DNA of 64,000 nucleotides from the human T2T-CHM13v2.0 reference genome, Homo sapiens, in NCBI RefSeq assembly GCF_009914755.1, contig NC_060940.1. One strand, written 5' to 3'. The notes under the pieces are model-generated. The model was given only the letters and a program-made list of their open reading frames with translations. It did not search any database and was not told where the DNA came from. This document shows positions 12,582 to 25,828 of the stretch, in pieces; position 1 is the stretch's first letter, and every line of letters starts with the position of its first letter. A program made the translations under genes and the position numbers.

Positions 12582-14280
12582 ATGATTCTCAGAAACTGTT
12601 TTGTGATGTGTGCGTTCAACTCACAGAGTTTAACCTTTCTTTTCAAAGAGCAGTTAGGAAACACTCTGTTTGTAAAGTCTGCAAGTGGATATTCAGACCT
12701 CTTTGAAGCCTTCGTTGGAAACGGGATTTCATCATATTATGCTAGACAGATGAATTCTCAGTAACTTCCTTGTGCTGTGTGTATTCAACTCACAGAGTTT
12801 AACGATCCTTTACACAGAGCAGATTTGAAACACTGTTTTTCTGGAATTTGCAAGTGGAGATTTCAGCCGCTTTGAGGTCAATGGTAGAAAAGGAAATATC
12901 TTCGTATAAAAACTGGACAGAATGATTCTCAGAAACTCCTTTGTGATGTGTGCGTTCAACTCACAGAGTTTAACCTTTCTTTTCACAGAGCAGTTAGGAA
13001 ACACTCTGTTTGTGAAGCCTGCCAGTGGATATTCGGACCTCTTTGAGGCCTTCGTTGGAAACGGGATTTCTTCATATTTTGCTAGACAGAAGATTTCTCA
13101 GTAACTTCTTTGTGTTGTGTGTATGCAACTCACAGAGTTCAACCTTCCTTTAGACAGAGCAGATTTGAAACACTCTTTTTGTGGAATTTGCAAGTGGAAA
13201 TTTCAAGCGCATCGATGCCAATGGTAGAAAAGGAAATATCTTCGTATAAAAACAAGACAAACTCGTTCCCAGACACTGCGTAGTGATGTGTGTGTTTAAC
13301 TCACAGAGTTTAACCTTTCTTTTCATACAGCATTCTGGAAACCCTCTGTTTGTAAAGTCTGCAAGTGGATATTTGGACCTCTTAGATGCCTTCGTTGGAA
13401 ACGGGATTTCCTCATATAATGCTAGAGGGAAGAATTCTTAGTAACTTCTTTGTGTTGTGTGTATTCAACTGACAGAGTTGAACCTTCCTTTAGACAGAGC
13501 AGATTTGAAAGTCTCTTTTTGTGGAATTTGCAAGTGGAGATTTCAAGCGCTTTGAGGCCAAAAGCAGAAAAGGAAATATTTTCTAATAAAAACTAGACAG
13601 AATCTTTCTCAGAAACTGCTCTGGGATGTGTGCGTTCAACTCACAGAGTTTAACTTTTCTTTTCATTCAGCAGTTTGGAAACACTCTGCTTGGAAAGTCT
13701 GCACGTGGATATTTTGACCTCTTTGAGGCCTTCGTTGGAAACGGGTTTTTTTCATGTAAGGCTAGACAGAAGAAATCTCAGTAACTTCCTTGTGTTGTGT
13801 GTATTCAACTGACAGAGTTGAACCTTCCTTTAGACAGAGCAGATTCGAAACACTCTTTTTCTGCAATTTGCAAGTGGAGACTTCAAGCGCTTTGAGGCCA
13901 AAGGCAGAAAAGGAAATATCTTCGTAGAAAAACCCGACAGAATCATTCTCAGAAACTGCTCTGTGATGTGTGCGTTCAACTCACAGAGTTTAACTTTTCT
14001 TTTCATTCAGCAGTTTGGAAACACTCTGTTTGTAAAGTCTGCAAGTGGATATCTTGGCCTCTTAGAGGCCTTCGTTGGAAACGGGTTTTTTCATTTAAGG
14101 TTAGACAGAGGAATTCCCAGTAACTTCCTTGTGTTGTGTGCATTCAACTCACAGAGTTGAATGATTCTTTACACAGAGCAGATTTGAGACACTCTTTGGG
14201 TGGAATTTGTAAGTGGAGAATTCAGCCGCTTTGAGGTCAACGGTAGAAAAGGAAATATCTTCGTATAAAAACTAGACAGA
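12582..14280. repeat. Representative canonical 10-mer HOR (1699 bp; dimers A-B-C-D-E)
   Basis: Diagnostic motifs: A AAACTGTTTTGTG; B AAACTCCTTTG...GAAGCCTGCC; C ACAAGACAAACTCGTTCCCAGACACTGCG; D GGAAAGTCTGCACGTGG; E ACCCGACAG...GATATCTTGGCCTCTTAGAGG. Confidence 0.93.
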
Positions 14281-17200
14281 ATGATTCTCAGAAACTGTTT
14301 TGTGATGTGTGCGTTCAACTCACAGAGTTTAACCTTTCTTTTCAGAGAGCAGTTAGGAAACACTCTGTTTGTAAAGTCTGCAAGTGGATATTCAGACCTC
14401 TTTGAGGCCTTCGTTGGAAACGGGATTTCTTCATATTATGCTAGACAGATGAATTCTCAGTAACTTCCTTGTGTTGTGTGTATTCAACTCACAGAGTTGA
14501 ACGATCCTTTACACAGAGCAGATTTGAAACACTGTTTTTCTGGAATTTGCAAGTGGAGATTTCAGCCGCTTTGAGGTCAATGGTAGAAAAGGAAATATCT
14601 TCGTATAAAAACTAGACAGAATGATTCTCAGAAACTCCTTTGTGATGTGTGCGTTCAACTCACAGAGTTTAACCTTTCTTTTCACAGAGCAGTTAGGAAA
14701 CACTCTGTTTGTGAAGCCTGCCAGTGGATATTCGGACCTCTTTCAGGCCTTCGTTGGAAACGGGATTTCTTCATATTATGCTAGACAGAAGATTTCTCAG
14801 TAACTTCTTTGTGTTGTGTGTATGCAACTCACAGAGTTCAACCTTCCTTTAGACAGAGCAGATTTGAAACACTCTTTTTGTGGAATTTGCAAGTGGAGAT
14901 TTCAAGCGCTTCGATGCCAATGGTAGAAAAGGAAATATCTTCGTATAAAAACAAGACAAACTCGTTCCCAGACACTGCGTAGTGATGTGTGTGTTTAACT
15001 CACAGAGTTTAACCTTTCTTTTCATACAGCATTCTGGAAACCCTCTGTTTGTAAAGTCTGCAAGTGGATATTTGGACCTCTTAGATGCCTTCGTTGGGAA
15101 CGGGATTTCTTCATATAATGCTAGAGGGAAGAATTCTTAGTAACTTCTTTGTGTTGTGTGTATTCAACTGACAGAGTTGAACCTTCCTTTAGACAGAGCA
15201 GATTTGAAAGTCTCTTTTTGTGGAATTTGCAAGTGGAGATTTCAAGCGCTTTGAGGCCAAAAGCAGAAAAGGAAATATTTTCCTATAAAAACTAGACAGA
15301 ATCTTTCTCAGAAACTGCTCTGGGATGTGTGCGTTCAACTCACAGAGTTTAACTATTCTTTCCATTCAGCAGTTTGGAAACACTCTGTTTGGAAAGTCTG
15401 CACGTGGATATTTTGACTTCTTTGAGGCCTTCGTTGGAAACGGGTTTTTTTCATGTAAGGCTAGACAGAAGAAATCTCAGTAACTTCCTTGTGTTGTGTG
15501 TATTCAACTGACAGAGTTGAACCTTCCTTTAGACAGAGCAGATTCGAAACACTCTTTTTCTGCAATTTGCAAGTGGAGACTTCAAGCGCTTTGAGGCCAA
15601 AGGCAGAAAAGGAAATATCTTCGTATAAAAACCCGACAGAATCATTCTCAGAAACTGCTCTGTGATGTGTGCGTTCAACTCACAGAGTTTAACTTTTCTT
15701 TTCATTCAGCAGTTTGGAAACACTCTGTTTGTAAAGTCTGCAAGTGGATATCTTGGCCTCTTAGAGGCCTTCGTTGGAAACGGGTTTTTTCATGTAAGGT
15801 TAGACAGAGGAATTCCCAGTAACTTCCTTGTGTTGTGTGCATTCAACTCACAGAGTTGAATGATTCTTTACACAGAGCAGATTTGAGACACTCTTTTGGT
15901 GGAATTTGTAAGTGGAGAATTCAGCCGCTTTGAGGTCAACGGTAGAAAAGGAAATATCTTCGTATAAAAACTAGACAGAATGATTCTCAGAAACTGTTTT
16001 GTGATGTGTGCGTTCAACTCACAGAGTTTAACCTTTCTTTTCAGAGAGCAGTTAGGAAACACTCTGTTTGTAAAGTCTGCAAGCGGATATTCAGACCTCT
16101 TTGAGGCCTTCGTTGGAAACGGGATTTCTTCATATTATGCTAGACAGATGAATTCTCAGTAACTTCCTTGTGTTGTGTGTATTCAACTCACAGAGTTGAA
16201 CGATCCTTTACACAGAGCAGATTTGAAACACTGTTTTTCTGGAATTTGCAAGTGGAGATTTCAGCCGCTTTGAGGTCAATGGTAGAAAAGGAAATATCTT
16301 CGTATAAAACCTAGACAGAATGATTCTCAGAAACTCCTTTGTGATGTGTGCGTTCAACTCACAGAGTTTAACCTTTCTTTTCACAGAGCAGTTAGGAAAC
16401 ACTCTGTTTGTGAAGCCTGCCAGGGGATATTCGGACCTCTTTGAGGCCTTCGTTGGAAACGGGATTTCTTCATATTATGCTAGACAGAAGATTTCTCAGT
16501 AACTTCTTTGTGTTGTGTGTATGCAACTCACAGAGTTCAACCTTCCTTTAGACAGAGCAGATTTGAAACACTCTTTTTGTGGAATTTGCAAGTGGAGATT
16601 TCAAGCGCTTCGATGCCAATGGTAGAAAAGGAAATATCTTCGTATAAAAACAAGACAAACTCGTTCCCAGACACTGCGTAGTGATGTGTGTGTTTAACTC
16701 ACAGAGTTTAACCTTTCTTTTCATACAGCATTCTGGAAACCCTCTGTTTGTAAAGTCTGCAAGTGGATATTTGGACCTCTTAGATGCCTTCGTTGGAAAC
16801 GGGATTTCTTCATATAATGCTAGAGGGAAGAATTCTTAGTAACTTATTTGTGTTGTGTGTATTCAACTGACAGAGTTGAACCTTCCTTTAGAGAGAGCAG
16901 ATTTGAAAGTCTCTTTTTGTGGAATTTGCAAGTGGAGATTTCAAGCGCTTTGAGGCCAAAAGCAGAAAAGGAAATATTTTCCTATAAAAACTAGAGAGAA
17001 TCATTCTCAGAAACTGCTCTGTGATGTGTGTGTTCAACTCACAGAGTTTAACTTTCTTTTCATTCAGCAGTTTGGAAACACTCTGTTTGGAAAGACTGCA
17101 CGTGGATATTTTGACCTCTTTGAGGCCTTCGTTGGAAACGGGTTTTTTTCATGTAAGGCTAGACAGAAGATATCTCAGTAACTTCCTTGTGTTGTGTGTA

Positions 17201-20200
17201 TTCAACTGACAGAGTTGAACCTTCCTTTAGACAGAGCAGATTCGAAACACTCTTTTTCTGCAATTTGCAAGTGGAGACTTCAAGCGCTTTGAGGCCAAAG
17301 GCAGAAAAGGAAATATCTTCGTATAAAAACCCGACAGAATCATTCTCAGAAACTGCTCTGTGATGTGTGCGTTCAACTCACAGAGTTTAACTTTTCTTTT
17401 CATTCAGCAGTTTGGAAACACTCTGTTTGTAAAGTCTGCAAGTGGATATCTTGGCCTCTTAGAGGCCTTCGTTGGAAACGCGTTTTTTCATGTAAGGTTA
17501 GACAGAGGAATTCCCAGTAACTTCCTTGTGTTGTGTGCATTCAACTCACAGAGTTGAATGATTCTTTACACAGAGCAGATTTGAGACACTCTTTTGGTGG
17601 AATTTGTAAGTGTAGAATTCAGCTGCTTTGAGGTCAACGGTAGAAAAGGAAATATCTTCGTATAAAAACTAGACAGAATGATTCTCAGAAACTGTTTTGT
17701 GATGTGTGCGTTCAACTCACAGAGTTTAACCTTTCTTTTCAAAGAGCAGTTAGGAAACACTCTGTTTGTAAAGTCTGCAAGTGGATATTCAGACCTCTTT
17801 GAAGCCTTCGTTGGAAACGGGATTTCATCATATTATGCTAGACAGATGAATTCTCAGTAACTTCCTTGTGCTGTGTGTATTCAACTCACAGAGTTTAACG
17901 ATCCTTTACACAGAGCAGATTTGAAACACTGTTTTTCTGGAATTTGCAAGTGGAGATTTCAGCCGCTTTGAGGTCAATGGTAGAAAAGGAAATATCTTCG
18001 TATAAAAACTGGACAGAATGATTCTCAGAAACTCCTTTGTGATGTGTGCGTTCAACTCACAGAGTTTAACCTTTCTTTTCACAGAGCAGTTAGGAAACAC
18101 TCTGTTTGTGAAGCCTGCCAGTGGATATTCGGACCTCTTTGAGGCCTTCGTTGGAAACGGGATTTCTTCATATTTTGCTAGACAGAAGATTTCTCAGTAA
18201 CTTCTTTGTGTTGTGTGTATGCAACTCACAGAGTTCAACCTTCCTTTAGACAGAGCAGATTTGAAACACTCTTTTTGTGGAATTTGCAAGTGGAAATTTC
18301 AAGCGCATCGATGCCAATGGTAGAAAAGGAAATATCTTCGTATAAAAACAAGACAAACTCGTTCCCAGACACTGCGTAGTGATGTGTGTGTTTAACTCAC
18401 AGAGTTTAACCTTTCTTTTCATACAGCATTCTGGAAACCCTCTGTTTGTAAAGTCTGCAAGTGGATATTTGGACCTCTTAGATGCCTTCGTTGGAAACGG
18501 GATTTCCTCATATAATGCTAGAGGGAAGAATTCTTAGTAACTTCTTTGTGTTGTGTGTATTCAACTGACAGAGTTGAACCTTCCTTTAGACAGAGCAGAT
18601 TTGAAAGTCTCTTTTTGTGGAATTTGCAAGTGGAGATTTCAAGCGCTTTGAGGCCAAAAGCAGAAAAGGAAATATTTTCTAATAAAAACTAGACAGAATC
18701 TTTCTCAGAAACTGCTCTGGGATGTGTGCGTTCAACTCACAGAGTTTAACTTTTCTTTTCATTCAGCAGTTTGGAAACACTCTGCTTGGAAAGTCTGCAC
18801 GTGGATATTTTGACCTCTTTGAGGCCTTCGTTGGAAACGGGTTTTTTTCATGTAAGGCTAGACAGAAGAAATCTCAGTAACTTCCTTGTGTTGTGTGTAT
18901 TCAACTGACAGAGTTGAACCTTCCTTTAGACAGAGCAGATTCGAAACACTCTTTTTCTGCAATTTGCAAGTGGAGACTTCAAGCGCTTTGAGGCCAAAGG
19001 CAGAAAAGGAAATATCTTCGTAGAAAAACCCGACAGAATCATTCTCAGAAACTGCTCTGTGATGTGTGCGTTCAACTCACAGAGTTTAACTTTTCTTTTC
19101 ATTCAGCAGTTTGGAAACACTCTGTTTGTAAAGTCTGCAAGTGGATATCTTGGCCTCTTAGAGGCCTTCGTTGGAAACGGGTTTTTTCATTTAAGGTTAG
19201 ACAGAGGAATTCCCAGTAACTTCCTTGTGTTGTGTGCATTCAACTCACAGAGTTGAATGATTCTTTACACAGAGCAGATTTGAGACACTCTTTGGGTGGA
19301 ATTTGTAAGTGGAGAATTCAGCCGCTTTGAGGTCAACGGTAGAAAAGGAAATATCTTCGTATAAAAACTAGACAGAATGATTCTCAGAAACTGTTTTGTG
19401 ATGTGTGCGTTCAACTCACAGAGTTTAAACTTTCTTTTCAGAGAGCAGTTAGGAAACACTCTGTTTGTAAAGTCTGCAAGTGGATATTCAGACCTCTTTG
19501 AGGCCTTCGTTGGAAACGGGATTTCTTCATATTATGCTAGACAGATGAATTCTCAGTAACTTCCTTGTGTTGTGTGTATTCAACTCACAGAGTTGAACGA
19601 TCCTTTACACAGAGCAGATTTGAAACACTGTTTTTCTGGAATTTGCAAGTGGAGATTTCAGCCGCTTTGAGGTCAATGGTAGAAAAGGAAATATCTTCGT
19701 ATAAAAACTAGACAGAATGATTCTCAGAAACTCCTTTGTGATGTGTGCGTTCAACTCACAGAGTTTAACCTTTCTTTTCACAGAGCAGTTAGGAAACACT
19801 CTGTTTGTGAAGCCTGCCAGTGGATATTCGGACCTCTTTGAGGCCTTCGTTGGAAACGGGATTTCTTCATATTATGCTAGACAGAAGATTTCTCAGTAAC
19901 TTCTTTGTGTTGTGTGTATGCAACTCACAGAGTTCAACCTTCCTTTAGACAGAGCAGATTTGAAACACTCTTTTTGTGGAATTTGCAAGTGGAGATTTCA
20001 AGCGCTTCGATGCCAATGGTAGAAAAGGAAATATCTTCGTATAAAAACAAGACAAACTCGTTCCCAGACACTGCGTAGTGATGTGTGTGTTTAACTCACA
20101 GAGTTTAACCTTTCTTTTCATACAGCATTCTGGAAACCCTCTGTTTGTAAAGTCTGCAAGTGGATATTTGGACCTCTTAGATGCCTTCGTTGGGAACGGG

Positions 20201-21075
20201 ATTTCTTCATATAATGCTAGAGGGAAGAATTCTTAGTAACTTCTTTGTGTTGTGTGTATTCAACTGACAGAGTTGAACCTTCCTTTAGACAGAGCAGATT
20301 TGAAAGTCTCTTTTTGTGGAATTTGCAAGTGGAGATTTCAAGCGCTTTGAGGCCAAAAGCAGAAAAGGAAATATTTTCCTATAAAAACTAGACAGAATCT
20401 TTCTCAGAAACTGCTCTGGGATGTGTGCGTTCAACTCACAGAGTTTAACTATTCTTTCCATTCAGCAGTTTGGAAACACTCTGTTTGGAAAGTCTGCACG
20501 TGGATATTTTGACCTCTTTGAGGCCTTCGTTGGAAACGGGTTTTTTTCATGTAAGGCTAGACAGAAGAAATCTCAGTAACTTCCTTGTGTTGTGTGTATT
20601 CAACTGACAGAGTTGAACCTTCCTTTAGACAGAGCAGATTCGAAACACTCTTTTTCTGCAATTTGCAAGTGGAGACTTCAAGCGCTTTGAGGCCAAAGGC
20701 AGAAAAGGAAATATCTTCGTATAAAAACCCGACAGAATCATTCTCAGAAACTGCTCTGTGATGTGTGCGTTCAACTCACAGAGTTTAACTTTTCTTTTCA
20801 TTCAGCAGTTTGGAAACACTCTGTTTGTAAAGTCTGCAAGTGGATATCTTGGCCTCTTAGAGGCCTTCGTTGGAAACGGGTTTTTTCATGTAAGGTTAGA
20901 CAGAGGAATTCCCAGTAACTTCCTTGTGTTGTGTGCATTCAACTCACAGAGTTGAATGATTCTTTACACAGAGCAGATTTGAGACACTCTTTTGGTGGAA
21001 TTTGTAAGTGGAGAATTCAGCTGCTTTGAGGTCAACGGTAGAAAAGGAAATATCTTCGTATAAAAACTAGACAGA

Positions 21076-23110
21076 ATGATTCTCAGAAACTGTTTTGTGA
21101 TGTGTGCGTTCAACTCACAGAGTTTAACCTTTCTTTTCAAAGAGCAGTTAGGAAACACTCTGTTTGTAAAGTCTGCAAGTGGATATTCAGACCTCTTTGA
21201 GGCCTTCGTTGGAAACGGGATTTCTTCATATTATGCTAGACAGAAGAATTCTCAGTAACTTCCTTGTGTTGTGTGTATTCAACTCACAGAGTTGAACGAT
21301 CCTTTACACAGAGCAGATTTGAAACACTCTTTTTCTGGAATTTGCAAGTGGAGATTTCAGCCGCTTTGTGGTCAATGGTAGAAAAGGAAATATCTTCATA
21401 TAAAAACTAGACAGAATGATTCTCAGAAACTCCTTTGTGATGTGTGCGTTCAACTCACAGAGTTTAACCTTTCTTTTCACAGAGCAGTTAGGAAACACTC
21501 TGTTTGTAAAGTCTGCAAGTGGATATTCAGACCTCTTTGAGGCCTTCGTTGGAAACGGGATTTCTTCATGTTATGCTAGACAGAAGAATTCTCAGTAACT
21601 TCCTTGTGTTGTGTGTATTCAACTCACAGGGTTGAACGATCCTTTACACAGAGCAGATTTGAAACACTCTTTTTCTGGAATTTGCAAGTGGAGATTTCAG
21701 CCGCTTTGAGGTCAATGGTAGAAAAGGAAATATCTTCGTATAAAAAGTAGACAGAATGATTCTCAGAAACTCCTTTGTGATGTGTGCGTTCAACTCACAG
21801 AGTTTAACCTTTCTTTTCACAGAGCAGTTAGGAAACACTCTGTTTGTGAAGTCTGCCAGTGGATATTCGGACCTCTTTGAGGCCTTCCTTGGAAACGGGA
21901 TTTCTTCATATTATGCTAGACAGATTTCTCAGTAACTACTTTGTGTTATGTGTATGCAACTCACAGAGTTCATCCTTCCTTTAGACAGAGCAGATTTGAA
22001 ACACTCTTTTTGTGGAATTTGCAAGTGGAGATTTCAAGCGCTTCGACGCCAATGGTCGAAAAGGAAATATCTTCGTATAAAAACAAGACAAAATCATTCC
22101 CAGAAACTGCGTAGTGATGTGTGTGTTTAACTCACAGAGTTTCACCTTTCTTTTCATACAGAATTCTGGAAACCCTCTGTTTGTAAAGTCTGCAAGTGTA
22201 TATTTGGACCTCTTAGATGCCTTCGTTGGAAACGGGATTTCGTCATATAATGGTAGAGGGAAGAATTCTCAGTAACTTCTTTGTGTTGTCTGTATTCAAC
22301 TGACAGAGTTGAACCTTCCTTTAGACAGAGCAGATTTGAAAGTCTCTTTTTGTGGAATTTGCAAGTGGAGATTTCAAGCGCTTTGAGGCCAAAAGCAGAA
22401 AAGGAAATATTTTCCTATAAAAACTAGACAGAATCATTCTCAGAAACTGCTCTGTGATGTGTGCGTTCAACTCACACAGTTTAACTTTTCTTTTCATTCA
22501 GCAGTTTGGAAACACTCTGTTTGGAAAGTCTGCACGTGGATATTTTGACCTCTTTGAGGCCTTCGTTGGAAACGGGTTTTATCATGTAAGGCTAGACAGA
22601 GGAAATCTCAGTAACTTCCTTGTGTTGTGTGTATTCAACTGACAGGGTTGAACCTTCCTTTAGACAGAGCAGATTCGAAACACTCTTTTTCTGCAATTTG
22701 CAAGTGGAGACTTCAAGCGCTTTGAGGCCAAAGGCAGAAAAGGAAATATCTTCGTATAAAAACCCGACAGAATCATTCTCAGAAACTGCTCTGTGATGTG
22801 TGCGTTCAACTCACAGAGTTTAACTTTTCTTTTCATTCAGCAGTTTGGAAACACTCTGTTTGTAAAGTCTGCAAGTGGATATCTTGGCCTCTTAGAGGCC
22901 TTCATTGGAAACGGGTTTTTTCATGTAAGGTTAGACAGAGGAATTCCCAGTAACTTCCTTGTGTTGTGTGCATTCAACTCACAGAGTTGAATGATTCTTT
23001 ACACAGAGCAGATTTGAGACACTCTTTTGGTGGAATTCGTTAGTGGAGAATTCAGCCGCTTTGAGGTCAACGGTAGAAAAGGAAATATCTTCGTATAAAA
23101 ACTAGACAGA
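21076..23110. repeat. 12-mer HOR structural variant, copy 3 (first dimer has an intact CENP-B box)
   Basis: 12-mer markers at offset 21051 from copy 1 (ORFs 365/21416, 897/21948, 1403/22454). Confidence 0.92.
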
Positions 23111-25828
23111 ATGATTCTCAGAAACTTTTTTGTGATGTGTGCGTTCAACTCACAGAGTTTAACCTTTCTTTTCAAAGAGCAGTTAGGAAACACTCTGTTT
23201 GTAAAGTCTGCAAGTGGATATTCAGACCTCTTTGAGGCCTTCGTTGGAAACGGGATTTCTTCATATTATGCTAGACAGATGAATTCTCAGTAACTTCCTT
23301 GTGTTGTGTGTATTCAACTCACAGAGTTGAACGATCCTTTACACAGAGAAGATTTGAAACACTGTTTTTCTGGAATTTGCAAGTGGAGATTTCAGCCGCT
23401 TTGAGGTCAATGGTAGAAAAAGAAATATCTTCGTATAAAAACTAGACAGAATGATTCTCAGAAACTCCTTTGTGATGTGTGCGTTCAACTCACAGAGTTT
23501 AACCTTTCTTTTCACAGAGCAGTTAGGAAACACTCTGTTTGTGAAGCCTGCCAGTGGATATTCGGACCTCTTTGAGGCCTTCGTTGGAAACGGGATTTCT
23601 TCATATTATGCTAGACAGAAGATTTCTCAGTAACTTCTTTGTGTTGTGTGTATGCAACTCACAGAGTTCAACCTTCCTTTAGACAGAGCAGATTTGAAAC
23701 ACTCTTTTTGTGGAATTTGCAAGTGGAGATTTCAAGCGCTTCGATGCCAATGGTAGAAAAGGAAATATCTTCGTATAAAAACAAGACAAACTCGTTCCCA
23801 GACACTGCGTAGTGATGTGTGTGTTTAACTCACAGAGTTTAACCTTTCTTTTCATACAGCATTCTGGAAACCCTCTGTTTGTAAAGTCTGCAAGTGGATA
23901 TTTGGACCTCTTAGATGCCTTCGTTGGGAACGGGATTTCTTCATATAATGCTAGAGGGAAGAATTCTTAGTAACTTTTTTGTGTTGTGTGTATTCAACTG
24001 ACAGAGTTGAACCTTCCTTTAGACAGAGCAGATTTGAAAGTCTCTTTTTGTGGAATTTGCAAGTGGAGATTTCAAGCGCTTTGAGGCCAAAAGCAGAAAA
24101 GGAAATATTTTCCTATAAAAACTAGACAGAATCTTTCTCAGAAACTGCTCTGGGATGTGTGCGTTCAACTCACAGAGTTTAACTATTCTTTCCATTCAGC
24201 AGTTTGGAAACACTCTGTTTGGAAAGTCTGCACGTGGATATCTTGGCCTCTTAGAGGCCTTCGTTGGAAACGGGTTTTTTCATGTAAGGTTAGACAGAGG
24301 AATTCCCAGTAACTTCCTTGTGTTGTGTGCACTCAACTCACAGAGTTGAATGATTCTTTACACAGAGCAGATTTGAGACACTCTTTTGGTGGAATTTGTA
24401 AGTGGAGAATTCAGCCGATTTGAGGTCAATGGTACAAAAGGAAATATCTTCGTATAAAAACTAGACAGAATGATTCTCAGAAACTGTTTTGTGATGTGTG
24501 CGTTCAACTCACAGAGTTTAACCTTTCTTTTCAAAGAGCAGTTAGGAAACACTCTGTTTGTAAAGTCTGCAAGTGGATATTCAGACCTCTTTGAGGCCTT
24601 CGTTGGAAACGGGATTTCTTCATATTATGCTAGACAGATGAATTCTCAGTAACTTCCTTGTGTTGTGTGTATTCAACTCACAGAGTTGAACGATCCTTTA
24701 CACAGAGAAGATTTGAAACACTGTTTTTCTGGAATTTGCAAGTGGAGATTTCAGCCGCTTTGAGGTCAATGGTAGAAAAAGAAATATCTTCGTATAAAAA
24801 CTAGACAGAATGATTCTCAGAAACTCCTTTGTGATGTGTGCGTTCAACTCACAGAGTTTAACCTTTCTTTTCACAGAGCAGTTAGGAAACACTCTGTTTG
24901 TGAAGCCTGCCAGTGGATATTCGGACCTCTTTGAGGCCTTCGTTGGAAACGGGATTTCTTCATATTATGCTAGACAGAAGATTTCTCAGTAACTTCTTTG
25001 TGTTGTGTGTATGCAACTCACAGAGTTCAACCTTCCTTTAGACAGAGCAGATTTGAAACACTCTTTTTGTGGAATTTGCAAGTGGAGATTTCAAGCGCTT
25101 CGATGCCAATGGTAGAAAAGGAAATATCTTCGTATAAAAACAAGACAAACTCGTTCCCAGACACTGCGTAGTGATGTGTGTGTTTAACTCACAGAGTTTA
25201 ACCTTTCTTTTCATACAGCATTCTGGAAACCCTCTGTTTGTAAAGTCTGCAAGTGGATATTTGGACCTCTTAGATGCCTTCGTTGGGAACGGGATTTCTT
25301 CATAAAATGCTAGAGGGAAGAATTCTTAGTAACTTTTTTGTGTTGTGTGTATTCAACTGACAGAGTTGAACCTTCCTTTAGACAGAGCAGATTTGAAAGT
25401 CTCTTTTTGTGGAATTTGCAAGTGGAGATTTCAAGCGCTTTGAGGCCAAAAGCAGAAAAGGAAATATTTTCCTATAAAAACTAGACAGAATCTTTCTCAG
25501 AAACTGCTCTGGGATGTGTGCGTTCAACTCACAGAGTTTAACTATTCTTTCCATTCAGCAGTTTGGAAACACTCTGTTTGGAAAGTCTGCACGTGGATAT
25601 CTTGGCCTCTTAGAGGCCTTCGTTGGAAACGGGTTTTTTCATGTAAGGTTAGACAGAGGAATTCCCAGTAACTTCCTTGTGTTGTGTGCACTCAACTCAC
25701 AGAGTTGAATGATTCTTTACACAGAGCAGATTTGAGACACTCTTTTGGTGGAATTTGTAAGTGGAGAATTCAGCCGATTTGAGGTCAATGGTACAAAAGG
25801 AAATATCTTCGTATAAAAACTAGACAGA
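23111..25828. repeat. Two tandem 8-mer HOR variants (1359 bp each) with a fused D/E dimer
   Basis: A starts at 23111, 24470 and 25829. The hybrid junction GGAAAGTCTGCACGTGGATAT|CTTGGCCTCTTAGAGG lies at ~24241 and ~25600. Confidence 0.93.

Noticed and set aside
13208-13217. Perfect 10-bp palindrome GCATCGATGC created by an SNV (also near 18304, 31886, 55631, 60383)
   Set aside because: Too short to argue for a cruciform or a function. It is useful only as a haplotype marker (ClaI site).
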